A stretch of DNA of 64,000 nt. Origin: Marsupella aquatica (Eukaryota > Plantae > Marchantiophyta). The number at the start of each line of letters is the position of its first letter. Position 1 is the first letter of the stretch. The position numbers and the translations under genes are program-made. The stretch is taken from NCBI GenBank assembly GCA_973895155.1, contig OZ316893.1, positions 15,530,645-15,594,644 on the forward strand, written 5' to 3'. This document shows, in pieces, positions 1 to 14,188 of the stretch. Under the pieces are notes generated by a model. That model saw nothing but the letters and a program-made list of their open reading frames with translations, did no database searches and was not told where the DNA came from.

Positions 1-345
1 TAAAAAAACCACAATTAAACCCCCCAACTAAAAACCAAACCCAATCCCTTTAAAAAACAACCACAATTCAACCCCTCAACTAAAACCAAACCCAACCCCT
101 GTAATTACTCACAACCTAATGCAAACCTCTACCTTGAACCCTAAGCCAAACCCATTCATTTAAACCCAACCCTTTTATTCCAACCTAACCCAAGTTTTAA
201 CCCCCTTAATTAAACCAAATACTCCTAGATTAAAACCAAATATAAACCTAACCTTTAATTAAACCCAAACCTTTGTTAACTTATATTCTAGTTATCCTTA
301 CAACCCAAACATCCATTGACACCCCTTCCATGTTAACTTATGGGC
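1..345. repeat. Degenerate AAACCC/AACCC-rich low-complexity tract
   Basis: Many imperfect (T)AAACCC, AACCCT and AAACCAAA units on a C/A-rich strand; no perfect tandem array. Confidence 0.6.
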
Positions 346-770
346 ACTTAACATACCTTAAATGTCATTTGACAAACCTTAATAGCCGTTTGACACCCCA
401 AAGTATTTTCCAACCCTAAACCGATAAGACCTGCCTTGCAAATTATTTCACAAGTTAGAGAATCTTTTTGCGAACCTACGACCTTCGCACTTACTTCGCA
501 AAAACAGAGGCCGAGAACGATTTTTTGGGTCTTCTGCGGGTTGCGATGGCTTTGCGAAGGGAATAGATTCGGAAGTTCCTCGCAAGTTGCGAGACTATTT
601 GCGAGGGCGCGGGCTTCGCAGTTTCCCATGCGTATGTCATCGCAAACCCGTTTTTGAACGGCGTAAACATCGGCGGGAGCTCGCATTCGGGCTCATTTCA
701 GTTTTTGAGCGAGACGAGAAGGGCCGGGGCGCGCGCAACAGTACGAGGGAGACTGTGAGAGAGGGGAGCT

Positions 771-2813
771 ATGGCTACCGGTGAGGGGAGTGGAGGGCAA
801 GGTGGTAGTGGTAGTGGTAGTGGCAATGGGGGAAATCCAGAGAAAGAGAAGAATGCCTGGGCAGACTTAGTGGCCCAACATCTCAGTGCTGCACAATTGG
901 GAGAAGTGAATCTCAATTCTCCAGCAGGGCTTGCCTCTTTGAGTGCCATTCTTGGACAGGTTTTGCAAACTGGGATTGTAGCAGGACAAGCTACTAGAGA
1001 GGGGGAGGAGAGGGCCGCAGCTGAAGAGAAGGCTAGAGAGAAAAAAGGAAGAGAGAGGAAAGAACTAAGTCGGGAGTTGCATCTCCTCAAGCCCTAGAGA
1101 AGCAGAAGAGAAGAGAGGAGAGAGATTCAATTCGAAAACAGAGGGAGGAGCAACATTAGAAAGAGGAAGCAAGAAAAAAACTTCCATTCATTGCCTTGGA
1201 GACGAGTGGGACTCCAACTGAGATAGCGTATGCAGGGGCTAAGAGCACAATCAAGCAGATTATCACAAGCAATTTCTCACGAGGCATGCAGTGGGGGAAG
1301 ATTGAGAAGGCAGAGCGAAAGAGGGTCATCAACCAAATCAAGGATGCATTTCGCAATGGGCTTGACATAGATGAGCAATGGTTGGCAGATAAGATTTCAA
1401 ATTCTATGTCTCAAATGCAATACCATGACAGGATGAAGATTAGAGCCCACCTAAAAGACTTGAGATCATACAGGAACTTGCACAGACCCCTCCACTTCAC
1501 CGAGGACATCTGGAATTCGTTTTACAAGATTGAGGTGCAAATTAAGGCAGCTCACGAGTTGGAAGAGTGGAAGGGCAATCTAGATCGCCTTGAAAGCAAA
1601 GGAGGCCGGGAAGCTCCCCCCTGACCACGACCTGAAGCCACTTGAGTAGAAGGTAGCTGAGATGCAGAAGATGGCCGACCAGGAGGGAAAGCCACCCAAG
1701 CGTTTCACAAATGCAGCCAAACGAGTGAAATCCACCCCCAATCCAGTCCACAAGTTGGGTCAAGGCGGGCTCCCCGGCCTCAAGTCACACTTTGTGAGTG
1801 CCTCTTGCTCCTCCCTAACCTCTCTATTCCTTTCAGAGTTGTGCAATGCAAGTGAATGACATCCCCGAAGGTTCTTGCTGTTGTGCATGCTTGCTTGGTT
1901 ACTAGTTTAGGGCAACTCTGACACTTAGAATTTTGGGCAAATTTTTAAAAACTCTCGGGAACACAGTTTGCGAAGGTGTTGCGATGCGCATTTGTTCGCA
2001 AACCCCTCGCAAAGTCTATCATGGACTTTTTCCATTTCAATTTTCCGATGCCTTTGCGAACAAATGCGCATCGCAAACTCCATCGCAACGCCTTCGCAAG
2101 AAAAGGTGGTTCGCAAGTTGCTATGCTTATAGGTTCGCAAATTTGAATTTTAAAATTTTTTTGGGTCATGTTTAGTAGTTGAGGATTAAGGCGTCACTTG
2201 TGGCTATAGGGTATGCTTGAGGGAAAATTTAACCAATTTTAATTGGTTTTATGCATGGCAGTATCGGAGGTACAAAAGGAAGATATCAAAAAAGCATATT
2301 GAGGTGGCGATAGAGCATGGACGAAAGTACCTCTTTGCGATGGTAGATGCCGAGTTGGCTACTGTACGTAAGTGTCTAAGTGTGAACCATATGATTAGCA
2401 TGCGAACATTGTGAGTGACCCTTTATGTCTTGCGGAAACTAATGATATGTAATGGATGCAGGATTTGGATGAGCCTGAGGGGTCGGGTGCTGATGTGACC
2501 AGTAGTGATGACGATGAGGGGGCTACTCCTGGTACTAGTGGTGCTCGGGGGGGGGAGTAGTCGTGAGGTAGGTTCTTCCCACCGTGGTAGTGGTGGTAGT
2601 CGTGTGTCATCAGCACACGTTGATGACCAGGGGGAGGAGGAGGACCCTGAGGATGAGGAGGAGGAGCAGGAGGGGCAGGAGGAGCCAGAGGAGCAGCAGG
2701 AGCAGGAGCGCCGACGGCCATCACGCACCCATCACCAACAGGATCCCCGAAAGGATAAGGGCAAGAAGCCAGCCAAGAAGCCAACCAAGAGGAGCCGCAA
2801 GAGTCCATTCTAG
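771..2813 (+). pseudogene. CACTA TnpA/Transposase_24-like accessory gene, disrupted and spliced
   Basis: ORF pieces 771-1097, 1196-1624, 1662-1795, ~2206-2366 and ~2462-2813. RFTNAAKRVK..HKLGQGGLPGL resembles the TnpA-type motif also seen in element 2 (KRARVQDTSHFGRGGH). GTGAGT donor at ~1794, acidic/basic tail, premature stops and frameshifts. Confidence 0.55.
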
Positions 2814-3571
2814 TTATTTTGTAGAGATACATGCATGAGAGTGACTTGTCATGCCGAAGCTTAGGGTAGGAAGAGGCAGCATAGGTTTAGAAGGGCGAAC
2901 CTAGCATCAGATATTTCCCCCCTCTTGTCCATGTATAGGGTTCTTTGAAGCCCTATCATTTTGTTCATGCTTTTCCATTTCATAAAACAACAATTTTGCC
3001 TTCCACATTGGGTCCCAAGGAAAACCCCTTGCAAATAATGTATTGAATCCTGTGTGATCATAATTTTGCGAACCCTTTAAGAACTCATTCCCATCGCACA
3101 ATATAAACCCCAAGGCATCGCACTTTTTGAGTCAATTAACTTCATAACTTCAGATCCAAATATGTCGGGTTTTTGTGATACTTCTAGGATCGCACTTTCC
3201 TAATCGCAACCGTTCACAAACTTCTGAAATCACCGGTATCGCTCTTTTTCATACAATCCCCATCAAAATAATTGAACCAGTATCTATCGCAAATAAGATG
3301 CGATGGTAAATCCGTCTCAAATATCGACGCCCGCGCGGGACGTGTGCATGTATGTTTGCGAACCTTATGCGACGTATAATGGATCGCAGAGGTATTGAAT
3401 CTTGCAAACCTCTCAGCTTCTCAGTTTGCCATGATGTTGCGATGCCGTTGCGATGGTCCGAGTGCGAAGTTATTAGGTTCGCAAAGTGCGAAGGTGGTGC
3501 GATGCGCGTATGTTCGCAATGGCCAGAATTATGAAAATCAGGGGCTTGTTAGTTGCGATGAGATTGTCTTC

Positions 3572-5135
3572 AACACGATTTTGGACCAAACGAGAACTAT
3601 TTCCTCTAAACGAGAAGTGTATTTTTATTTTCCGCCGAATCTCGCGAAATCGGCAGTTTTTTTCATCAAAAACGCATTTTTGGGGAAATAATGTAATTCG
3701 TATCGGAGTTCGGATTGAAACAACAAATTTAATAATGATCAAAACCAATGAAATTCATGCTAACAAACATTCATATTATCAAGGAACAATTAGATCCGAA
3801 AAACTTTCTCCTCGACCTCATATTCACGCTCTCCGAAGATATATGAAAGGTCTTATCTATAAATCCATATCCATGTTTCGAGCCAAGTGCGATAACTGTA
3901 TCGGACTCCGGATTTGAGCCACGAAAACTCCGACCCAATCTCAAGTTTCTCAGTTTTTGGATATTTACCAAAAATATTTTACATCACAGTCGATAAGAAT
4001 TACTGCACGGTTCGTCAAATTTACCTTGCAGTTACCTCCGCAATTGACCAGTTACCTCCGCAAGTGACCATAGTCAACATGCCATTCTTTCAACAGCAAT
4101 GCGCAGTCCGATAAAATTATCGCAAAAACTACGGGCGACAAAAATACTAGTCGATAATACTAAGATCCTTCGGTTCATCGGTTAAATTTCAAAATTCCTA
4201 TCCATATGAAGAAAACTCTTCGCAATACCAACATCAGATAAATTTATCGCTTCAATTTCAAAATTGCAACTTCCATATGAAGGAACCACTTTTGCAATAC
4301 CAACATCAGATAAATTTATCGCTTCAATTTCAAAACTATATAATTTTGCCATGATGCACGTGTGAGAATGAAATTGGAAATCCAAGAAATATACCCTTTT
4401 ATGCTATTTTGTCGTTTAGGGTGACAGCCAATCAAAAGTGGACACGTGGGCCAACCCCTCAACAGACACTATAAAAGGGCCACCGCCGATAAGTTTTTGG
4501 CGTCATTATCGAGAGTAGAGTTTTGGGAGTTGTGTTCTTGGAGCAACATTCTGTCCGTTGAGCCTTTCGTTTTCCCTGATTGGGGGAGGAATGCAAAGCC
4601 CCATAGTGTCTCGGATAGCCATGTCTCAATCAGACACTGATTCACCTTCCAGTTCAGTTGAATCCTCTCCTAATCTTGTCGCTCGCTGTTTGCCAAGTTG
4701 CATACTTAAAGCTCTACCTCTCTCACAGCAAATAGTGCCCAAAATCTCTGACTCAGATTCTGATGCAAGTTCTGGTCCTGAGCCCAGTGCTTACTATGTG
4801 TCGCCTAGTAAACCTGAGAAGCGTCGTCTCTTGAGCGTTCCATCGCCAAGAAATGAGAAACTTTCAATCCCAGGTTTAGGTCCGAGACGTCGCTTCAGGC
4901 CATCCATCCCGGGTTATGGAGAGGGTATCCGGCGACCGATACGCGTATCACTGACGGAATGTAAAACCCGATGCACGTATCGCTCCCTGCATTCCCGCGG
5001 CGATGCAATGGAGGAAAGTGGCGTTTCGGAGAGTTTTTGCCAGTTTTATCGGTCATTGCATTGCCTTAGAAAAAAAAACGGGATCGGGCTAAACGAGAAC
5101 TCCGACACACTTCTCGGTCGGTCCGAAATTGTGTT
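3572..5135. mobile_element. Non-autonomous TIR element (Sola-like family, same family as the element ending at 58377)
   Basis: TIRs AACACGATTTTGGACC (3572-3587) and GGTCCGAAATTGTGTT (5120-5135). TSD CTTC at 3568-3571 and 5136-5139. The last ~180 bp closely match 58200-58377. Internal GATAAATTTATCG motifs. Confidence 0.88.
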
Positions 5136-6331
5136 CTTCACAAAACCGGCCGATAGTGTTGTAGTGTGCTAATGTCATTCTCACCAATGGGCCACCATGA
5201 ACTAGAGCACAAAGTCCAAAGCAAGCGCAGTTGTCAAGCCCATAGAACACTAGTAGAAAACAATGTATTTTATGACCGAAACAATGACTATTAATCAGGT
5301 CTTTTTAACAAAACAATGACGCAATTGTTCTCGTCTTTCCAGACACGTCACAACGGACATTTTGGTCACGGTCCTTTTGGACAAATGACGCTAAAAACAT
5401 GTGGTCATTTCATACTATCCTAAATGACCGTTTTTATGATATGGTCATAAATGTTGAACGGTCCAAAATGACGACACAAATCACCATCGACGGTCAATTG
5501 CCGTTGACCGTCGATGGTCCCCGTACCCAATCACACAACGACACATGGCAATAAAAAAACAAATAACATTGGTCATTTTGGACTTGTCCAAAATGACGTA
5601 CATTATATAACAAATCAAATAGTGACACGTGGTTCAAAGAGGATTCACCATTTGGCAATATATTTGGGTCATTTTGGACGTGTCCAAAATGACTACAGTA
5701 TAAACAAGTCATATTGAGACACGTGGTTCAATTGGGAGAAGACACGTAAAGATACACATTAGTCATTAATGACATGTCTTGAATGACATAAAGTGAGTCA
5801 TAGTGGACTTGTTTATAATGACCATGAGAAAGGTCATTGTATATGTCATTCTTTGAATCATTTAGTCTATGTCTTTAATGACCAGAGTTGAGTCATATTG
5901 GTCACAAAGATAGTTGTGAATAATGACCATTACATCAGTCATTCTAGCCAGTCATTTAATCATTCAAGCCAGTCATTCAGACGAAGTATTCAATGATTTG
6001 GAGAAATTCAAATTTAAGTGATCATGATAGATAAAACTTGATGTCAATCAAAAATCATACATTACAAAACCATTCAATAGAGTTGCTAAATGAAAACTTA
6101 AAGAAACATTCGATATATATCACAAATCCAATTGATATTCATACAAGATACCTTCATAAGTCTCACGGTAAATATTGAACTCAATGCAAATTTATGAAAC
6201 AAAATTACATTGACATCAATAATATTAGATTGTCAATTGTTACAACCTGACATACCAATCACTCTGCATGTTTATAGAAAAACAGAGTTGTCATTCTATC
6301 ATGTCTATTGTTTCTTGATAGAGTGCTATTT

Positions 6332-9215
6332 CTATTGCTTCTTAAGCAATCTAGAGTTCCATAGGGCATTCATCCCTTTCACATCAGATAATTTAGACTG
6401 GTTCTCCCCTGAATTGGCAAATGGCAATGCCACATCTACAAACACTTCAATCACACGCACTCGCAAGAAAGGGCTTTCAAAATCTGCACAATGAAACTTA
6501 TCTTCTCCTGGCAGCCCTGTCACCTCACCTTCTGCCACTATCATGGAATTGTCCACAACGCTCTTCATCTTCACCAAATCTCCTCTTGCAAACTGTGAAC
6601 AACACATTTCGTTAAAAATGCAATAAACAGAAATTGAAAGATAGAAGAACACTCAAATCAAACACACATTTACCTTTGCAACGGGGTTAGGAGACTGCAT
6701 TGGTTTCTTCTGTGCAGGTGATGCATTTGCTGAGGATCCTTTCTTCCTTTTCTTCTTTCCCTTTCTAGTTGATGGAGTGTCATCCTGTTCACTTGGAATG
6801 GGAGTTTCTTTTGGCAACTCAGATGATTCTGGGGTTACATCTGGTGTCAACTGAGTCAACTTATCCTCTGGCAACTGAAAGGCATCTGAAATGGCTTCTT
6901 TGGGCAACTTAGATGGCAAAAGGTTCACTTCCAATTCAGTTTGCTTTAGAGTACTGTTAGCTGTGTCAGTTGGTCTTCCCTGCGACACAGGAGGCTCCCC
7001 TAAAGATGCTGTCATAAAACACACACAAAAGAAATGCATAAACAAACATGTATACACCAGCAACATATAATCACACTAAAAACATGCAAGAACATTATAA
7101 ACATGCAATGACATATACACATCACAATAATTACATTGAATGGACAGTGTATACATGATAGAGAATTTTACCTTCATTATCGCCTGAAAAAGTAAGAGAT
7201 CGCTTTCTACTACCTTGTTTGGTAGTTGTAGTCAACTTACTGTGACTAGGCACAACTGTTGGAACTTGTGCATTACTGGGGTGATGTGCCATCCACGTAG
7301 TCATCATGTTTGTCAACTCCCTCACAGTGCCTTTCAACTCAGCGACATCCAATTTCACAGCCCCAATGGCAGTGATCTCTTCTTTTGAATGTGGGGTCTG
7401 TAAATGAACCACAAACCAACACAACAGTCTCACTGTCAAACTTACAAACGACACAACACTGGCTCTGTCAAATGGAGAATGATGTACAAATCAAATTGGT
7501 ATGACAATACTCACAGCTGATCCATGTCTGTTTCCTTGCCCCAGTAAGCTAGCACTTTTACCCTCCCCACTTGCCAATGATGGGCTCACCTTTGCTCCCA
7601 CAAAACTACCAGTCTGACCTTCTGCACTTGCCAATGATGGGCTCATTGTCACCTTTGGCAATGAACCCTGACTACCATGGTTTTCTTTCAGGTCAGATAT
7701 ACCTGGGCTTGATCCTCTCTTCTGCTTCTGTTCAAACACACAATGAATGAGAAATCATAGAGTTTGTTTTCATCAAGATTCACAAACAAGACAGAATTGA
7801 TAGTGAAAATGATAGACAATTTACCATTCTCTTTGTTGCTGCAGCATGCCCTCCCCTTCCAAAGTGAGAGGTATCTTGCACTCGTGCTCTTTTATCAGTC
7901 ATCTGTTTACTCAAAGATATCAATGCTGGACTGGTAAAATGAGATACCAAAGCTGCCCATTTCTTTGGATCAACACCAGATGGCCCAGGTTTGGTTGGAT
8001 CCTCATTGCAAACTTTCTTCCAATAAACATGCATTTTATGGCGCTCTCTCTTCAATATGCCACGACAATGACTCTGGAATTTGGTGTTAATAAATTCCCC
8101 ACCCACATACTCCCACTCAGCTGCCATGTTATTCCACACTGTGGTTGTATGAACTTGTGGATGATCAGTCCATTTTGGCTTTGATACATCAAAGACTCTG
8201 AGTACGTTGCCACGAAGTTCCTCCAGCCAGTATTGTTTGTTGCCATCAGAATCATCAATATCATTGTCATAAATCTGCATTTCACAGACAATGTCAGATC
8301 ATAACTCTGGAATTTATGCAGAGTCCAGGTTTTATACACACAACAACAGAGAGGATCAGATTTGTCTAAATCTACAAACAAGTACAATACTCACTTTAAT
8401 GTGTTTGGGCACCTCTCCGCAATCCCTTCGTTGTTTGGCAGTATTATCAAACTGCTTCTTAGCATGCCTTCGTTCCCTGCGCATCTCAGAGGCCCCTCCT
8501 GCAATGCACACACATGCATTCAATCAAAAAATATGTACATGATTGAAAAGTTGAGCAAATGTACTTGCATATGCATGACGAGCAGATTGTGTATTACCTG
8601 AAGATCCTCTGGAATGTAGTACATCAGATTGACCTGATCTGCCTTCAGATGCTGATGGAACCACTAAACAAACACACAACACCAAAGCACTTCAATTAAT
8701 TTCATTTCCAAGTAGAATATCAACTTCCAAACACACCTGAAAAGTAGAACAGTACAATCCACTCACTTTCATATAAGAGTCCAGTGTCTGGGTCTTTCCA
8801 ACATCTCACTAGCCCACCTCCACCAGGCCTAGTCTTCTTAGGACCACGATTTTGTTTCTGTACCTACATCATGGACAACGTAAGCATATCAACATATAAT
8901 TTGAAAAAGGGACAAGGATCCCTTCCTATTAGGATGATGAAGTTCAAGCATTACCTGTTGTGCACTCTCTGGTTCTGACCCTCCAATGTCAGAATCCTCA
9001 GTGTCATACTCAGAAGGAGAACCATAGCCATCATCACCAAACTCTGCCATGTTCACCTTGGTAACTTCTGATAGTCTAGAGCTCCTCCTCTTTGGCAATG
9101 TTTCAGTTGAAGTACCTTTCACCAAAGCAGGCTTTCCTCTCTCTCGTTGTACATGTGTGGTTGGGCCTCTAAGGAACAAAGCAATCATCAACATACACCA
9201 ATGCAGATCAAACAT
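6332..9215 (-). CDS. CACTA TnpA-like accessory protein, multi-exon; exon boundaries approximate
   Basis: Exon-sized ORFs with GT/AG ends. Transposase_24-like segment (RERHKMHVYW..PSGVDPKKWAALVSHF..KRARVQDTSHFGRGG). C-terminal En/Spm-type domain (VAEGEV..RVRVIEVFVDVALPF..ALWNSRLL). Confidence 0.7.
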
Positions 9216-9597
9216 ACATGCAAAATGAATCTACAACACCGTAACACTAGTACTTATGTACAGGATCCATACTAGTATGAGACCAATCTGGAATATGAAA
9301 ACAGAACATGAACCTGACAACTCCATCTACTGAATCAAATTTGCAATAGACATATCAACACACACGTCAGCTTGCAGTCTGGCCCCAGTCCTAGATCACG
9401 CATAATTCTGACATTATGCTCTATGTTCTGATTTCGGGCCTCCTCATAAGGATTCACAGAATGTGACAACCCTTGCAATCTTCCTTTCACAGGCTGCATT
9501 CACCAACTGCACAAATGGGTAAACCATTAGTCTGATTTCATAAATAGTCCATACATGTAGTCCATCTATGGACTTCACACACCTAGCTAAAACCTAT

Positions 9598-12500
9598 TCA
9601 CTGCTTAGGCTTGCCCTTTCTTGCAGATCCCTCTGCATCTCTGCCTCTTTTGGGACCAGTACTTGGTCCTGGATTTTCTCTGGACCTACAGGCCTTAGCC
9701 AATTCGATGTGTAATTTGGCATTGTTTTCCATTGTAGCATGGAAATCAACGTCTGTGTAATCACCTAACACCCTTGTGGACCTGGATTCTTTGTGGAGGA
9801 TTGTTCTCCATGCTATCCCCTTCTCATTGGGGTGGAAGAAAACCTGCTCCACTTGCTTTGGGAAAACGTAATCCATTTTCTTGGACACACCCAGTTCTCT
9901 ATGGAAATTCACCTGCCAAAGACCAGACTTGGTATACCTCATACTGGCAGAGGATTTAGGAGTCCATGATGGATCTGCCCATTTCCCTTTGAAAAGAATC
10001 ACCTCTTTCCTCAAGCTGCCATAATTCAGTACCAAGATATCTGTCAAGGCCCCTACATACTGTACAGATTCTTCTATGGTTGCACCAGACCTGTCCACTC
10101 GCTTCTCAGTGAATGTAGAAGCCATCCCAGAATCAAAAGTGTTGAAAGCACCAGAATCACAATCACTCAAACACCCCAAGGATGGAATAGTCCTCCAATG
10201 GTGCCCATAGGCTCTACATGCCCTATACAGTCGTGCCTTCAAACTAGGTGGTGTGGAGTATGCAGATAGTAATGACCGCTCAGACTCTTTCTCAAAATTA
10301 TGGGTATTGACTAATGTTTGAAACCATTCCCTGAAAGGTGGCAATTCTTGGCAGTCTACGGGAAATTCCACTGGTTTTCTTCGATTGGCAGGCTTCCTCA
10401 TCCACTCCTTCCGGAAATCCACTCTTTGTTTGGTAACAGTCTCATTGGTAGCATCATATATCCTGCATGGCAACAACAACACTGAAGACATTAGTGCACG
10501 ATCCACCATGAATATACAAACACAATGGGGCAACATAATTATGATCCATATGCCTAAGGATAGGAGAGTTTCTAGGGTTTATGTACCTGTACCATGGAGC
10601 CACTGTCTCTTCATTCTCTAATATATAATGATGCATGGCCATCATTTCAGACCAATCCAAAGTTATCGCCTTTGCAGCCCCTTCCAAAACAATGCCTGCA
10701 ACGCCAGCATCCTCCTCCAACTCCCAGGTTCGTTTTCCCTCTCCCTTTGCATCAATCATGTATTCAGAAAGAAATCCCAAAGACTCATCTAATACATAGC
10801 CTTCAGCCATAGAAGCCTCTGGACGTGCCTTGTTTCGTACATAACCCTTCAATACCTTCAGGTTCCTCTCTATTGGGTACATCCATCTGCCTGTAACTGG
10901 GCCACACAAGTCTAATTCCTCCACTAGGTGAATCATTAAATGGGTCATGACATCAAAGAAGCTTGGTGGAAAATGGATTTCCAAAATGCAGAGAGTGAAT
11001 GCAACATCCATCATCAAATTCTCATACATTGAAGGGTCCCACACCTTCGTACAGATCTGGCGATAGATATTGCTCACCCCAGCTATGGCCAAGCAAACCC
11101 CTTCATCAAGTAATCCCATTGTTGCCAGAGGGAGAATCTGTTGCATGAGTTGGTGGAAATCATGTGATTTCAACCCAGAGAGTTTCTTGGATTTTGTAAC
11201 ACACTTTGCCAAAGAACTTGAAAAACCAGTGGGCCCTTTCAAGGTCAATAAAACCTCCAAGAACCTTGTTCTTTCCTTCTTGCTCAGGCAATATGGGGCT
11301 GGGGGCATCAACAATTTGTCATCCTTACGCTTGGGAGCTGGATTGGGTACAAGCCATAGGTGTTGGCGCACCTGTAAGAGCTTCATGTCTTCTCTCACAG
11401 AAGGAGTGTCCTTGGTCCCAATGATAGTGTGCACAATGTTGTGTGCAAGATTCTTCTCACAGTGCATGGGATCTAGACAATGGTTAATGAGTAGTTTCTG
11501 CAGTGGACACACAATTCAGAAATTAGGGCATTGAATACAACTTTTGGCATCACTGGGCAGTAGTTTGTGCAGTGGACACAATTCAGAAATTAGTGCATTG
11601 AATACAACAATTACAAAATCTGGGCTACAGGAAGTATATGAAGAGAATATATTTCAAAGTCATATGAAGAGATTGCAGAAATTCATTGTAGTAGTATGGA
11701 GTCTTACATTCCAATAGGGCAACTTGTACAGACCAGTAGCCCTCTTCACTCCATGCACCTTTATGGGGCATTTCTCATCCTCAACCTTGGTTCCTCCCTT
11801 CTTCAAATATTCTGTTGTCTCGTCTCCCCACTTCTTTCTATCAGAGCTTGTCATTCTACACGGTGCAGGTCGACTCTCAATTGCACCATCAAAGTATTGT
11901 GCACTATCTGGTCTACGAAAAAGATGCCTTGCTGCTAACCATCGACGGTGGCCACTGTACTCTAATTTCTGCAAGTGCTTAGAACCACGTGCCACACATT
12001 CTGGCCCACAGATGACACATCCTTTGTATCCAGAGTGTTGTTGTCCAGATATTAAACCATATGCAGGGTAATCATTGATTGTCCACAATAGCACAGCCCT
12101 AAGGTTGAAGTGTTGAGACAATCCTGGGCGTGGCAATTTGTCAAAGCAGGGCACTCCTTTCTTCCACAACAGCTCCAACTCCTCATAGAATGGGCCCAAT
12201 ATTATGTCTAGCTGTTCCTCTGTTACTGAATCAGGTCCTGGAATCAGCATAGCTAGCATGACAAAGAACTTCTTGGTGGTAAGCCAAGGAGGTAAATTGT
12301 AATTCAACAACAGTATTGGCCAGGTAGACCAAGCTGTGGAATTATTCCCAAAGGGATTCACCCCATCAAGTGCCAACCCAAATCGCACATTCCTTGGTTC
12401 AGCTGCAAATTCCCGATCAATATTTGTATCCACATGCTTCCAAGCCTTTGAATCTGCTGCGTGCCGAACCATGTTGTCTGTGCTTCTATTCTCATGATGC

Positions 12501-13591
12501 CAAGTCATGAGTTTAGATGTACCAGCAGTGGCATACAATCTCTTCAACCTGGGAATTATAGGGAAATACCGCACTACCTTCCTTGCCTGTAATGAATTCC
12601 CCACTCTCTTCATCTTGGGCTGCTGACACACTGAACAGTTTTCTAACTTGGCATTCTCACCCCTAAAGAGCATACAACCTTTCTCACAGACAGGGATTCT
12701 CTCATAATCCAAGCCAAGCTTTCTCAATAGCTGCTTTGCAGCATATAAGTTCTTGGGCAGATTATGCTCTGTAGGCATACCATGCTCCCCCATCAAAGAC
12801 AACAATGCATTCACTCCTTTGTTTGAGAATCCATGGCCATGACAGATGTTCAGCAGAAGCAACATGAATGACACAACATCTATTTTGCTGCCTGGGAACA
12901 AAGGTTGCATTGCTGCATCTAAAGATAACTGTGCAGGATCAGTCTCCACAGGAGTTTTGGAGGTTTCAAGGGGGTTTACAGGATGGGCACCTCCTTCACT
13001 CTCATCATCCCCAAGTACAAAATCCAAGTCAAAACGGTCCTGATCATCTAGCTCATGCTCAGGGGATTCTTCACTGGTTCTCAGCAACGTTTCTTCCAGT
13101 AGAGCCCTGATATGTTCTTCAACATCTATAGTTGGATGTTCTTGAACATCCACAGTTGGATACTCTGGAACATCCACAGTTGGATACTCTGGAACATCTA
13201 CAAATAAATGTTCTTCAACATCTACAGTTGGCTGTTGTGCACAGGTTGCCTGCTGAAGGTTTGCTACCCTCAATGCCTCAGGGCCATGTTGTGACATGTA
13301 GTCAGCACCCCACTCTTCATCAGAAGAGTCCTGTCCCTCTCCCACCCACACTCGACATGCAGGGTACCGACCATGTTTAATAAGGTGCAGTCTAGCAGTA
13401 TTCCGATTAGTCCTATAATTCCCTTTGCAGTTCACACAAGGGCAGTACATCTTATGGTCCCCACTCTTGTGGCAGGCCTTCTGTTCTCGAACCCACAAAG
13501 CATCATCACGATGTTGTACTCTAGCTGGATGGAAGAGCGGCAACTTTGGAGTTCTACCCACACCTAACGTATTCTGTGGCAATTGTGCCAT
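9598..13591 (-). CDS. CACTA TnpD transposase, 3 coding exons (~13591-11708, ~11500-10587, ~10463-9598)
   Basis: Canonical CACTA motifs: MYCPCVNC, RNVRFGLALDGVNPF, STWPILLLNYNLPPW, WTINDYPAYG, HCLDPMHCEKN, GLKSHDFH, FPPSFFDVMTHLMIHL, WMYPIER, PEASMAEGY. Reading frames are open. Confidence 0.95.
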
Positions 13592-14188
13592 GCTAGCTTG
13601 ATTGAAATTGTATTCAAACTATGATTTTCAAACTGAATCAGAGTGACATGCATACAAAATTGGGCCTACCGTCACAGTTGTACAACCGATGCCAACCACA
13701 GTCCAATTGCTCAAACCCACAGAGCCCAGTTTCTCAAATCCACTGTAGTAGGGCACCTTCTCCTTGCATACAAATAGAGCATCACATACAGTGTCATCAG
13801 AATGATACTATGAACGTACATCTCTGTGCCTTCATCATTTCCAGTATTTGTTTGCCTATTAGGAATGTGAGCAGACAGGTCTGGAATAAGTAACGTTTGT
13901 GACACCAGTGACAAATTTACAAGTGAAGTTTAGACATCAATATGGAGGAAAGTCACACTCAAAGTACATGCTTGAAAATCAGAATCCTACCCTGGAAAAG
14001 ATAATAAAGTTGATTTCTCAAAATTAATTGCCTCAATCCGCAATGCACTGTCGTAGAGTGTGTATACATGAGGAGTTCATCAAACTGCATATAAATAGTC
14101 CACATGTTTTAGCACTCTGAAAATTGTTTAAGTCCACGTGAAACCATGAAAAAGCTCTATCTCAAGTTTGTGTTCGATCCAGCCTCAA

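Larger units (their letters stand above)
1..5166 (+). mobile_element. CACTA/EnSpm element 1, right part (left end outside the window)
   Basis: Ends in ...GATAGTGTTGTAGTG at 5166, the reverse complement of CACTACAA. Dense TTTGCGAA/TTCGCAAA subterminal motifs at 430-660, 1960-2140 and 3060-3560. Contains a TnpA-like pseudogene. Confidence 0.75.

Noticed and set aside
1-345. Telomere or interstitial telomeric array
   Set aside because: Units are highly degenerate and never form tandem CCCTAAA runs. The tract lies inside a CACTA-like element.
4558-5172. 204-aa protein in the small TIR element
   Set aside because: It runs through the TIR and past the CACTA terminus, is low complexity and has no domain. 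At most a remnant of a first exon.
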